Virus record (IMG/VR): IMGVR_UViG_3300014819_000515 | DNA from: an uncultured virus (IMG/VR IMGVR_UViG_3300014819_000515) | Lineage: Duplodnaviria; Heunggongvirae; Uroviricota; Caudoviricetes | Strand: one strand, 5' to 3' | Length of the DNA: 64,000 nt | Shown: positions 30,657 to 38,881 of the stretch, piece after piece | Layout: the number at the start of each line of letters is the position of its first letter | Position numbering within the stretch: position 1 is the first letter of the stretch | Program-made: the position numbers and the translations under genes | Notes under the pieces: model-generated | Database searches by the model: none | What the model saw: the letters and a program-made list of their open reading frames with translations, nothing else | Told to the model about the DNA's origin: nothing

Positions 30657-31082
30657 TTATCTTAGTCTTTCTAAAAATGTTTGTACTTCTATCAGATCAT
30701 TTGAACCAATAACGTAAAAATAAATTCTTAAATCATATGAATTGCTATCAATATTCGGATTTGATACTATTTGAACTAATTTAATTCTTGGTTCAAAATT
30801 AATCAAAACTTCTTGTACTTTTCTTTGTAAATTCAATGCAGTTAGAGGCGTCATTGGCTCAAACAACATTGCTCTTACACTTGAACCTATTTCTGGATGA
30901 AAAGGCCTATCAAAGTGTGATGTATTAATTAAATTTCTTACACTTCTCTTAACAGCTTCAATATCAGTTAATTTATTTACATCATTTGTTACCGAATTAC
31001 GACCAAAATCTAAATCTAAATCTCTATATTGTTTTGTGGCTCTTTTACTTTTGTTTAAAGAACCAGCATCGTAGTTTGGCAT
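30657..31082 (-). CDS. gp25: baseplate wedge subunit gp25
   Basis: DLDLDF..AVKRSVRNLI..RPFHPEIGS..FEPRI; late promoter at 31088-31095. Confidence 0.92.
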   Translation of the reverse strand: MPNYDAGSLNKSKRATKQYRDLDLDFGRNSVTNDVNKLTDIEAVKRSVRNLINTSHFDRPFHPEIGSSVRAMLFEPMTPLTALNLQRKVQEVLINFEPRIKLVQIVSNPNIDSNSYDLRIYFYVIGSNDLIEVQTFLERLR

Positions 31083-31095
31083 ATGTATATTTATA

Positions 31096-31359
31096 TTAAT
31101 TTACTGAAACATTATCAGAACCACTAATAATATCGCCACAAGATGCTGAATCACCTGCTCTACACACTCCGATACCATTTACAAATACATTTGTTGATCC
31201 TTCTGACATAGGTGGTGATGGACTATGTGGTGGCAATCCGTGTCCTGCAACTCTATCGCCAATTCTAACAACTCCAAAACTATTTACAAAAACATTTTCA
31301 CTTCCTTCAATTGCAACGCCGCCGGCAGCGTCTGTATCTTTACGTGCAACGCCTGGCAT
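31096..31359 (-). CDS. PAAR spike tip protein (gp5.4-like)
   Basis: GVARKD..GSENVFVN..RIGD..GSTNVFVNG..RAGDSASCG. Confidence 0.9.
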   Translation of the reverse strand: MPGVARKDTDAAGGVAIEGSENVFVNSFGVVRIGDRVAGHGLPPHSPSPPMSEGSTNVFVNGIGVCRAGDSASCGDIISGSDNVSVN

Positions 31360-31508
31360 TATCTTCCTTGGCCTCTATACTTCTTATAACTTCGTCTTTT
31401 GTGTTTATTCATCATAGAAGAGCTCGTATAACCTCTGCCGATACTTGTATATTTCGGTTTTCTATTTGATTTTTTTGTATTTGTGTTACTTGCAGTTTTT
31501 TTTGCCAT
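31359..31508 (-). CDS. small basic protein conserved in T4-like phages
   Basis: Manual: MAKKTASNTNTKKSNRKPKYTSIGRGYTSSSMMNKHKRRSYKKYRGQGR; stop overlaps the PAAR start. Confidence 0.75.
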   Translation of the reverse strand: MAKKTASNTNTKKSNRKPKYTSIGRGYTSSSMMNKHKRRSYKKYRGQGR

Positions 31509-31600
31509 ATATTTACTATTTAGTGTGATTCTTTATCAAAAATATTCATTTTTTTTGAAAAAAACACAAGAACAAACGTAGTCCGGCAAAAAATAGTTGT

Positions 31601-31680
31601 TAAGTTATTGATTTTACTGCTTTATTTCTTTAAAACTATGGCGCTTTTCGCTTGTTTTATTGATTTTTACGTGTTATATT
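31601..31680 (+). promoter_or_regulatory. early promoter module copy 1 (IHF-like box, TTATTTCTTT box, sigma70 core)
   Basis: TAAGTTATTGATT 31601-31613; TTATTTCTTT 31622-31631; TTGTTT 31652-31657, N17, TATATT 31675-31680. Confidence 0.65.
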
Positions 31681-31707
31681 ATATGTATATTAACAATTAA
31701 TAATAAT

Positions 31708-31944
31708 ATGACAAAATATAACGTAACTTATACTGTGTACTTTGAGAGTGACATCAAAAACATAGATACGGCTATTATGGCCGATAATGAAGATGAGGCA
31801 ATTAAGTTTTCTAAAAAAAAACTAGAAAAATATCTTGAAAAAAGAAATGATTTTGAAGGTTTTGAACTTGATGATATAAAAGAATACGATACTGTATTTC
31901 ATTCTGCTAAACTTAACGGTTTTTATGAATACAAACCTTCTTAA
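31708..31944 (+). CDS. hypothetical early protein
   Basis: ATG 31708 downstream of the promoter; MTKYNVTYTVY..ADNEDEAI. Confidence 0.7.
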   Translation: MTKYNVTYTVYFESDIKNIDTAIMADNEDEAIKFSKKKLEKYLEKRNDFEGFELDDIKEYDTVFHSAKLNGFYEYKPS

Positions 31945-31945
31945 T

Positions 31946-32038
31946 ATGAATAAAGATGATATAAAAAGTCTATTGGTAGCCGCTGCTATCGTAGCATTTG
32001 GTTATGTGTTAATGTTCGGATTTTTATTACTTCGCTGA
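31946..32038 (+). CDS. small membrane peptide
   Basis: Manual: MNKDDIKSLLVAAAIVAFGYVLMFGFLLLR. Confidence 0.5.
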   Translation: MNKDDIKSLLVAAAIVAFGYVLMFGFLLLR

Positions 32039-32052
32039 TTACATAGGAATAT

Positions 32053-32283
32053 ATGAAAGCCTTAGATACTAATTTAAAGTGGTTAGCGACGGCCGTTCTG
32101 GTTGTTGCAACTGCAATGACATCACTTAACATTTATCCTTTGGGACCAATACTATATTTAATTGGTGGATTACTTTGGCTAGTTGTGAGTATAATGTGGA
32201 AAGAACCTGCATTAATTGTAACCAATCTTACTTTGGCATCTGTCAATGCAATTGGATTAATTTATAATCTATTAATAAAATAA
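32053..32283 (+). CDS. small 3-TM membrane protein
   Basis: KWLAT..NIYPLG..WKEPALIVTN. Confidence 0.75.
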   Translation: MKALDTNLKWLATAVLVVATAMTSLNIYPLGPILYLIGGLLWLVVSIMWKEPALIVTNLTLASVNAIGLIYNLLIK

Positions 32284-32441
32284 TGGAAAAACCAGTAATT
32301 AAAGACATCAATTCTACAGGAGTTTGGGGTAAACTTTATCTTGTAAAGTATAAAGGCTTTTCTAATGTAATGTTAAAAGAAGAAATTGCTGATTGGTGCG
32401 AAGAAGTTGACCAAATAAAAAAAGAATTACAATCTACCTAA
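32283..32441 (+). CDS. hypothetical protein
   Basis: Manual 52 aa ORF MEKPVIKDINSTGVWGKLY; TAATG coupling. Confidence 0.55.
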   Translation: MEKPVIKDINSTGVWGKLYLVKYKGFSNVMLKEEIADWCEEVDQIKKELQST

Positions 32442-33191
32442 TCTTACTACTTTATCTAAATCTAAATTTCTTAAAAACGTCCACACTGTCATTGTAGGTT
32501 CCCAACCTAATTTTTTTAATTCACTATTGTCACTGGCATTACTTTCAGCTTCACAATCTTCACCTTTTCTTAATGGTACTTTAAATCCAGCTTCTTCTAT
32601 TACTTCTTTTACACTGTATAAATGGCCAGAACTTACTTCATAGGTTTTGTTTTTATTCTTCAATCCCAACTTAATAAACAATAATATTGCGTTCACTACA
32701 TCATCTACGTAAATAAAATCTCTTTTATGATTTGTTTTATATTTTACAGTACCATTCACTATATAATCAAATAACATACCCTTACGTGGAGTTTCTCCAT
32801 ATGTGGTGGCAAATCTTAATCCTACTTGACCAGTATGTGCGGCCTCTTCCATCATTAACTTACTTTTACCGTATGGGGATTTAGTCCAGTTATGTACAGA
32901 AGAACTAGAAGCGTATAAACAAGGTATGTTTTTTTCTTTACAAAGATTAAATATTTTTTTACTGTAGTCCACGTTTGTAATAAAATATGGTGCAGGATTT
33001 TTAACACTCTCTCTAACGTTTGTCTTTGCAGCCAAATGAATTACAAAATTTTCATCACCATCTAATGTAAAGTCTTTAATGTCTTTGTTAAGAGATAAAT
33101 CGTAACAAACTAGTTGATGTTTTTTTATAAGTAATCTTTTTTTTAAATTACTACCTATAAAACCTTCACTGCCTGTTAGTACTATTTTCAT
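32427..33191 (-). CDS. NAD-dependent epimerase/dehydratase
   Basis: LTGSEGFIGS, HLAA, YASSSS, YGKSK, RDFIYVDD. Confidence 0.92.
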   Translation of the reverse strand: MKIVLTGSEGFIGSNLKKRLLIKKHQLVCYDLSLNKDIKDFTLDGDENFVIHLAAKTNVRESVKNPAPYFITNVDYSKKIFNLCKEKNIPCLYASSSSVHNWTKSPYGKSKLMMEEAAHTGQVGLRFATTYGETPRKGMLFDYIVNGTVKYKTNHKRDFIYVDDVVNAILLFIKLGLKNKNKTYEVSSGHLYSVKEVIEEAGFKVPLRKGEDCEAESNASDNSELKKLGWEPTMTVWTFLRNLDLDKVVRLGRL

Positions 33192-33342
33192 GTATAATCC
33201 AAGGATAATAAAAAGCCGTTACCAAATCAATTTGTTTATAAACAATATTCCAAGCGCATTCCATATATTCTCTTTCATATGTGTATTCTTGAAAATTACC
33301 TGCGTTATATTGATGTAAACTATTTGTTCTGTCTGTGTGCAT
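33166..33342 (-). CDS. hypothetical protein
   Basis: Manual 58 aa ORF MHTDRTNSLHQYNAGNF; late promoter at 33352-33359. Confidence 0.5.
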   Translation of the reverse strand: MHTDRTNSLHQYNAGNFQEYTYEREYMECAWNIVYKQIDLVTAFYYPWIIHENSTNRQ

Positions 33343-33392
33343 TTATAATATTATTTATATAAATACTATTACCAATTAACCAAGGAGTTATA

Positions 33393-33566
33393 ATGGGCAG
33401 AAAAAAAGTAAAAACTCCTGAAGATATAATTGAAGCTATAAAAGAAAAACAATCTGAAATTGACGATTTATTATACGACCTAGAAGATACTATAAATGTT
33501 TCTTCTGATGAAGATATTTCCGACTCTGATGAGGACGAAGAAATAGACGAAACAGACGAAGAATAA
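33393..33566 (+). CDS. small protein with a highly acidic tail
   Basis: Manual: MGRKKVKTPEDIIEAIKEKQSEIDDLLYDLEDTINVSSDEDISDSDEDEEIDETDEE; AAGGAG RBS; TATAAATA 33358-33365. Confidence 0.75.
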   Translation: MGRKKVKTPEDIIEAIKEKQSEIDDLLYDLEDTINVSSDEDISDSDEDEEIDETDEE

Positions 33567-33583
33567 TAACAATCTATATTTCA

Positions 33584-33605
33584 GGTGCCTAGTTTACTAG
33601 GCACC
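33584..33605 (+). terminator. hairpin, probable intrinsic terminator
   Basis: GGTGCCTAG-TTTA-CTAGGCACC followed by CTTTGATTT. Confidence 0.6.
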
Positions 33606-33629
33606 CTTTGATTTGCAAACAAAGGGTAC

Positions 33630-33797
33630 ATGAACAATCTATACGTAGGACTAATCATACTTGCCGGCATATTTGCTGGACTAGGTTATATTTACATATC
33701 TATCTTTTGTCAAACAAAACGTTATTTAAAAAAATTAAAACAATTAAAGAAACTTAAGCTGTTGTCGTTAAGAGGTAGGAAAAAACGTGTTTGGTAG
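33630..33797 (+). CDS. small membrane protein with basic tail
   Basis: Manual: MNNLYVGLIILAGIFAGLGYIYISIFCQTKRYLKKLKQLKK. Confidence 0.55.
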   Translation: MNNLYVGLIILAGIFAGLGYIYISIFCQTKRYLKKLKQLKKLKLLSLRGRKKRVW

Positions 33798-34026
33798 AAA
33801 AAAAAGAAAACCTAATTTAAAAACATTAAAGAAAAAAGCACCAAAGATACCTGACTTTACTTGTCCTGACGTAGACCATATTATTAGTTATATTGAGGAT
33901 AAAGATTTATTAAATCGCTCTCAACTGGCCTATTTCAAAAGACGTATGGAAAAATTACGTAATGCAAATGATAAACTACGTGAGGGTGGCATCTATTGGT
34001 ATGAAGAAATTAAAAAGATACTTTAA
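33787..34026 (+). CDS. hypothetical protein
   Basis: 79 aa, KAPKIPDFTCPDVD..LRNANDKLRE. Confidence 0.7.
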   Translation: MFGRKKRKPNLKTLKKKAPKIPDFTCPDVDHIISYIEDKDLLNRSQLAYFKRRMEKLRNANDKLREGGIYWYEEIKKIL

Positions 34027-34044
34027 AAGAAGATAAATATAATT

Positions 34045-34563
34045 ATGAAAGTTGTGATAACCGGCCACACTAAAGGTATTGGTAAATCAATATACGAATA
34101 TTTTAAAAAAGATTTAAATAATATCGTAATAGGATTTTCTAAATCAACTCTTTGCGACATTTCAAAACAAACTGATAGACAAATAATCTTAAATGAATTA
34201 ATAGATACTGATATATTTGTTAATAATGCTTACCATATACATGATGACAGTCAAAATATTTTATTAGAAGAATCTTTTAAACTGTGGAAGACAAAGAAAA
34301 AAATAATAATAAACGTATCATCAACGGCCAGCAACTGGCCTGTTAATCAGTACGCTATCTATAAACATAAACAAGATAAGTTTTGCCAAAAAAATATATA
34401 CGAATATCCAAAAATTATAAATTTAAGACCTGGCTATGTAGACACTGATATGGTTAGAAATAAAAATAAAGTTAAAATGGTATGCGAAGATGTAGTAACT
34501 GTTTTAGATTATGTATTAAAGAGTAATGTTAACATACACGATATTACTTTTACCCCAAAATAA
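34045..34563 (+). CDS. short-chain dehydrogenase/reductase (minimal SDR)
   Basis: ITGHTKGIG, FVNNA, NVSS, YAIYK, LRPGYVDT. Confidence 0.88.
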   Translation: MKVVITGHTKGIGKSIYEYFKKDLNNIVIGFSKSTLCDISKQTDRQIILNELIDTDIFVNNAYHIHDDSQNILLEESFKLWKTKKKIIINVSSTASNWPVNQYAIYKHKQDKFCQKNIYEYPKIINLRPGYVDTDMVRNKNKVKMVCEDVVTVLDYVLKSNVNIHDITFTPK

Positions 34564-34566
34564 TTA

Positions 34567-35451
34567 TCAAAATTTATTTAAATCTTTTAACATCATATTT
34601 TTTATATCATTTGCCAATAGTAGTTTAGATTTTGAATAATAAAATATTTTGTCAGTAAAAGCAAAAACTGCATGTAATCTATCTTCATCTCCCATATTTC
34701 CAAAACAATGAGGCAACCAACTATTAAATAAATAAAAAGAACCGTCAGCTGGCAAATGATATTCTCCTATAAGTTTTTTTTGTTTATCATAAAAAGTAGT
34801 TGTACATTTTTTATTAGTATAAATTGGTATATGAATACGAACATTATTATCTATATGTATAGGTCCAGATTGTTTACCGGGTTTACAATTTAATAATCTT
34901 CCTCTATGTAAAAATATATTTTTATTTAAAAAATATGTAATAAAATCTTTAAAAACTCCCGCCCATTCATTTAAAAAAACATAGCTTGTTGATGGATGAA
35001 TATTTGAATTATTAATTTTCATATCATACTGTTTAGCTTTGTCTTTTAATACTTGTGATACTTCCGATAGTTTAATTCTTTTCAGATTACTTTTAACTAT
35101 AAAACATTTTCCTTCTTTGTTATATGAAACAAAGTCGCCAATTTCTTGTGCAAAAAAGGTATTGTTAGAATACACATCCAATATATTATATTTTTTATCA
35201 TCATCTGTTATATCTGCATCTTTATATTGTATACCAATACCTTCATATAATTGCAAATTATCTTTACTTTTAAAAGCAACTGTTTTTGATACTTCTTTTA
35301 TTTTGTTCATAAACTCTAAATTACATATATCATCCTTAACTCTTACGATAGTCCAATTTGTTTTTTCTGCTGATCTTAAAAAAACCAAGATACTGTTGAA
35401 ATCTATTGTAGGTATGTTGTTCATGCTATTATTTATTGCTTGACAAAACAC
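34567..35451 (-). CDS. Asp/Asn beta-hydroxylase-like dioxygenase
   Basis: IHIDNNVRIHIPIYTN..HLPADGSFYLFNSWLPH..RLHAV. Confidence 0.75.
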   Translation of the reverse strand: MFCQAINNSMNNIPTIDFNSILVFLRSAEKTNWTIVRVKDDICNLEFMNKIKEVSKTVAFKSKDNLQLYEGIGIQYKDADITDDDKKYNILDVYSNNTFFAQEIGDFVSYNKEGKCFIVKSNLKRIKLSEVSQVLKDKAKQYDMKINNSNIHPSTSYVFLNEWAGVFKDFITYFLNKNIFLHRGRLLNCKPGKQSGPIHIDNNVRIHIPIYTNKKCTTTFYDKQKKLIGEYHLPADGSFYLFNSWLPHCFGNMGDEDRLHAVFAFTDKIFYYSKSKLLLANDIKNMMLKDLNKF

Positions 35452-35468
35452 ATTAAATAGTATATATT
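35440..35468 (+). promoter_or_regulatory. sigma70 promoter, leaderless transcript
   Basis: TTGACA-N17-TATATT, with ATG 6 nt after the -10. Confidence 0.7.
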
Positions 35469-35474
35469 AGATAT

Positions 35475-35906
35475 ATGAGAATATTACTATTAATATTAAT
35501 GTTTCTACCGTCTTTGGCGTTGGCGAAGGAAGTAGAAATGAAAGTGTATGATTATAAATTAACAAGAGTATTAGATGGTGATACTGTAGGTTTTGAAGCG
35601 AAATTTCTACCAGATCCACTTAAAAAAGAATTACTTATTCGTGTCTATGGTGTTGATACACCAGAAAAAGGACACCGTGCTCAATGTCCACAAGAAAACA
35701 CAAAGGGTTTAGCCGCAACTGAATTTACAAAGACTACAATTGCGAATGGTAAAAAAATACAGATTGCCATTGCCGATTGGGATAAGTTTGGTGGTCGTGT
35801 ATTAGGTGATGTATTAATTGATGGTAAATCATTACGTGTGTTATTAATCAAAAACGGATATGCACGAGAATATTACGGTCTTGCAAAAGAGTCGTGGTGT
35901 AATTAA
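35475..35906 (+). CDS. thermonuclease (SNase-like) with signal peptide
   Basis: RVLDGDT, IRVYGVDTPE, DKFGGRVLG, NGYAREY; N-terminal hydrophobic stretch with ALA site. Confidence 0.9.
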   Translation: MRILLLILMFLPSLALAKEVEMKVYDYKLTRVLDGDTVGFEAKFLPDPLKKELLIRVYGVDTPEKGHRAQCPQENTKGLAATEFTKTTIANGKKIQIAIADWDKFGGRVLGDVLIDGKSLRVLLIKNGYAREYYGLAKESWCN

Positions 35907-35907
35907 T

Positions 35908-36003
35908 ATGTTACAATTAATATTAAATACATTCTTCTTAGTGGCCGTGATTGCTATAATTGGTCTTTGGATATTAATGTTTAAAGATATACTTCGTAAA
36001 TGA
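35908..36003 (+). CDS. small membrane peptide
   Basis: Manual 31 aa MLQLILNTFFLVAVIAIIGLWILMFKDILRK; ATGA overlap with the next gene. Confidence 0.5.
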   Translation: MLQLILNTFFLVAVIAIIGLWILMFKDILRK

Positions 36004-36575
36004 AGAACATACGTATAATAAAAGAGAATATAGACGTATCAGGTATTGTAAAACAATTGAAACAACATCCTGAAGATTGGGGTAATGTAGGCCGTATGAA
36101 AGGGATTGACCGCCAAGACCCTCATACACGTTTAGTTAAATCAGGTGTACTTCAATTAGTCATGGGAGGCATTTCAAAACCTGGTGAGTTTATTGGTGAC
36201 ACAGAAATATGTGTACCCACTGAAGCCGCTTCAAGACACACCGAGATCCAACGATTCCTGGCCGAAAATAATTTTGGTCGGCGACTCGGCCGTTGTGCTT
36301 TTCTTAAAACACCAATTGGTGAAATCACAGGCAAACATATAGATGAAGGAAAATACTATACAACAAAAGACCGTTATCATTTGAGTATAACAGGTACATA
36401 TAGATATACTGTATGGGACGATGGCGATTTAGAATCCACTAAAGAAGAAGTGATAATACAACCAGGTACATTCTTCTGGTTTAACAATAAGAAGAACCAT
36501 ATGGCCGAGAATATAGGTAATTGTGAGAGAATTGCTTTTATCTTTGATGTGCCAATGTCACCAAACAATCCATAA
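36000..36575 (+). CDS. Asp/Asn beta-hydroxylase-like dioxygenase
   Basis: GKHIDEGKYY..DRYHLSI..PGTFFWFNNKKNHMAEN..RIAFIFD. Confidence 0.85.
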   Translation: MKNIRIIKENIDVSGIVKQLKQHPEDWGNVGRMKGIDRQDPHTRLVKSGVLQLVMGGISKPGEFIGDTEICVPTEAASRHTEIQRFLAENNFGRRLGRCAFLKTPIGEITGKHIDEGKYYTTKDRYHLSITGTYRYTVWDDGDLESTKEEVIIQPGTFFWFNNKKNHMAENIGNCERIAFIFDVPMSPNNP

Positions 36576-36579
36576 TATT

Positions 36580-37143
36580 ATGGAATATGTTTATAAATTA
36601 AATTTACCAGGATTAATAGACGTAGTTAAAGACGATTTAAAGTTAGATCCTTTTGGTGAATATAAAAAACCAAATCATGTTTATTCTGTACCCATTAAAA
36701 ACTTCCTTCATCCAAACTGGACTAATATTAATAATTTAGATTGGTTTCATCTTAGTATTTTTAACAAACCTCCTGGCAGTTTTGGTATTATACACAACGA
36801 TACAAGAGATACTTCACAATTTTATTGGTCTATTAATTGGGTATATGGTGAAGGAGGTGGTATGTGTTTTTGGGAAGAGAATCAGATTTATCAACGTACT
36901 GTAGATAAAGATGTAGCAGGCTTATATAGAACTGTATTTAAAGTAAACAGCCCTCCATCTAAAAAATATAAAACGGAACATAATGGTGTATACTTAGTAA
37001 ATTCAACAAAAATACATAACGCCTATAATTATTCAAAAGAAGGAAAAACTAGATATGCCGTTGCAATTAAAGCAAGGCCAACACCTCAAATAAACACTTG
37101 GGAAAAAGTAGTGAACATCTTTCAATCTTATATAATTCAATAA
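36580..37143 (+). CDS. 2OG-Fe(II) dioxygenase-like protein
   Basis: IIHND..WSINW..YLVNSTKIHNA..RYAV. Confidence 0.6.
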   Translation: MEYVYKLNLPGLIDVVKDDLKLDPFGEYKKPNHVYSVPIKNFLHPNWTNINNLDWFHLSIFNKPPGSFGIIHNDTRDTSQFYWSINWVYGEGGGMCFWEENQIYQRTVDKDVAGLYRTVFKVNSPPSKKYKTEHNGVYLVNSTKIHNAYNYSKEGKTRYAVAIKARPTPQINTWEKVVNIFQSYIIQ

Positions 37144-37335
37144 TATATCTCAAACCTGTAACTCATAAAATCCACCAGGAAATTTTTACACTCTCTTTAA
37201 GTAAGAACTCTTTACCGAACCTGGATGATATTGGAATGGCCTCCGGGTTTCCTATAGGAAAATGTCTATTATTACCTTGTCTTGATGTTATTGCATTTAT
37301 AGATTACGATTGCTCTCCAGTTCCACCACTGGCCT

Positions 37336-38433
37336 TTATGGATTTAGATCAATCGTTGCACCACGCACAATCACTGTGCCTGTAGTTTGTTGTGTAGTAT
37401 TGCCTTCTACGTTCTGAATCAAATTGCCTGCTACATCAATCGTTAAAGAACCACCTACCTTTAAATTCGTATCGCCGCCACTATTTAAATTTAAACGGCC
37501 AGTCAATGTGTGTAAATTAATATCACCATTATCCACCTGTATATTTACATTTGCACCTGGCCCTATCTGTATATCATAGTGGTTATTGAGTGAACCATTC
37601 TTATTAATATATAACTTGTAACGGCCATTTATAGTCAGGTCGTTATTCTCCTGTACGTAGGCCTGTTTATTGCCATCTATGATACTGTAATGGTCACCTT
37701 TGGTAATATTCGTTAATGTACCATTGGCCGAGATTTCCGTTGATGTACCAGAACGGTGGCGGATATGGATTCGTTCCGCATTTGGAGTATCATCAAACTC
37801 TTGTATATGGCCAGACTCGGTCTCGTATACGTGGTTATATGGGTAAAGAGCATTGTAAGGTATTTCAGGTTGATTCCATATCGTGCTTTCTGAATCGGCT
37901 ATTCGGTCGCCAGAGGCCGTTGTAATGAAATTAAAGTCGGCCGTTGGTATGCCTGTTATGCGTGTTGCTCTACGGATTGTTAATGCTAAACTTGGATTGA
38001 TTTCGTTACCATCCGAATCCTTTGAATTAACGGCCAGACGATTTATATCTGGTTCGTTTTTGTATTTCGGATAAATTTCATTTGGATCATAAAAACCTTT
38101 TCGATTGTCCGCCAATTCAGTTGGCCTTCCTGGTAAACTACCTAATATAAGTGGCTCTTGACGAAAATTGCCATCTCTAAAAAACCCAAACACCCAACTG
38201 CCTTCGAGTAGTCCGGTTGCCGACTGGCCGATACCTGAAATACCACTGGCCGTAATCGGTAAAACACAAAGAGACCACGGTAGATCGGCCGTTGGTAATG
38301 CCTGTTTATCCTGTGTATGAACACCGACTATTCTTACTCTTAGACGGCCGACTTTGAGTGGATCTTGACGATCTTCTACTACACCGAAGAACCAGAGAAA
38401 ACCTCCAAGTCCCATAAAGTTTTCGTTATTCAT
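37336..38433 (-). CDS. gp5: baseplate central spike gp5 (OB fold plus short beta-helix, no lysozyme domain)
   Basis: WFFGVVEDRQDPLKVGRLRVRIVG..LPWS..GFFRDG; YPYNHVYETESGHIQEFDDTP..ERIH; C-terminal IDLNP. Confidence 0.92.
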   Translation of the reverse strand: MNNENFMGLGGFLWFFGVVEDRQDPLKVGRLRVRIVGVHTQDKQALPTADLPWSLCVLPITASGISGIGQSATGLLEGSWVFGFFRDGNFRQEPLILGSLPGRPTELADNRKGFYDPNEIYPKYKNEPDINRLAVNSKDSDGNEINPSLALTIRRATRITGIPTADFNFITTASGDRIADSESTIWNQPEIPYNALYPYNHVYETESGHIQEFDDTPNAERIHIRHRSGTSTEISANGTLTNITKGDHYSIIDGNKQAYVQENNDLTINGRYKLYINKNGSLNNHYDIQIGPGANVNIQVDNGDINLHTLTGRLNLNSGGDTNLKVGGSLTIDVAGNLIQNVEGNTTQQTTGTVIVRGATIDLNP

Positions 38434-38502
38434 TGTTTACTCTCGTTAGAGCGCCTGATAATAACACAACAACATACGTCATAAATTTCTATTTCCTATT
38501 CT

Positions 38503-38661
38503 CTACGCAGGCCAGCTGGCCACCAAAAAGAATATACAAAACAGTATGACACCGTAATAAATCCATATACTATTAGACAAGGAGTGCGCTAGCACGACTT
38601 TATCATAGAGGTGGCCGATACCCTCGTATATTGCTTTTATCATATTCATTAGTTTATTCAT
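38503..38661 (-). CDS. small membrane protein
   Basis: Manual 52 aa MNKLMNMIKAIYEGIGHLYD..IWIYYGVILFCIFFLVASWPA; ATGA overlap. Confidence 0.45.
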   Translation of the reverse strand: MNKLMNMIKAIYEGIGHLYDKVVLAHSLSNSIWIYYGVILFCIFFLVASWPA

Positions 38662-38759
38662 TTCTTATTTTTACACTTACATCTTCTACCAAAGAGATAT
38701 TCTTTAATTTGTTTCAAAGTTTCTTTGATACCTATAATGTTGTATTCACTTATTTTCAT
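38658..38759 (-). CDS. small hypothetical protein
   Basis: Manual 33 aa MKISEYNIIGIKETLKQIKEYLFGRRCKCKNKK; AAAGGG RBS-like; CATAAATA upstream. Confidence 0.45.
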   Translation of the reverse strand: MKISEYNIIGIKETLKQIKEYLFGRRCKCKNKK

Positions 38760-38881
38760 AGTTGTTTCCCTTTCTACATATTTATGGTGCGGTTCCCTCT
38801 TGGTTTCTGTAAGGTGGCCAGCGTCCATATAGTTATAATATTACATAGCCGTCGGAGCGGCGGTCTCGGAGGCGTTCTGAG

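Noticed and set aside
37098..37385. 95 aa plus-strand ORF
   Set aside because: TTG start without RBS, overlaps both neighbours, no motifs.
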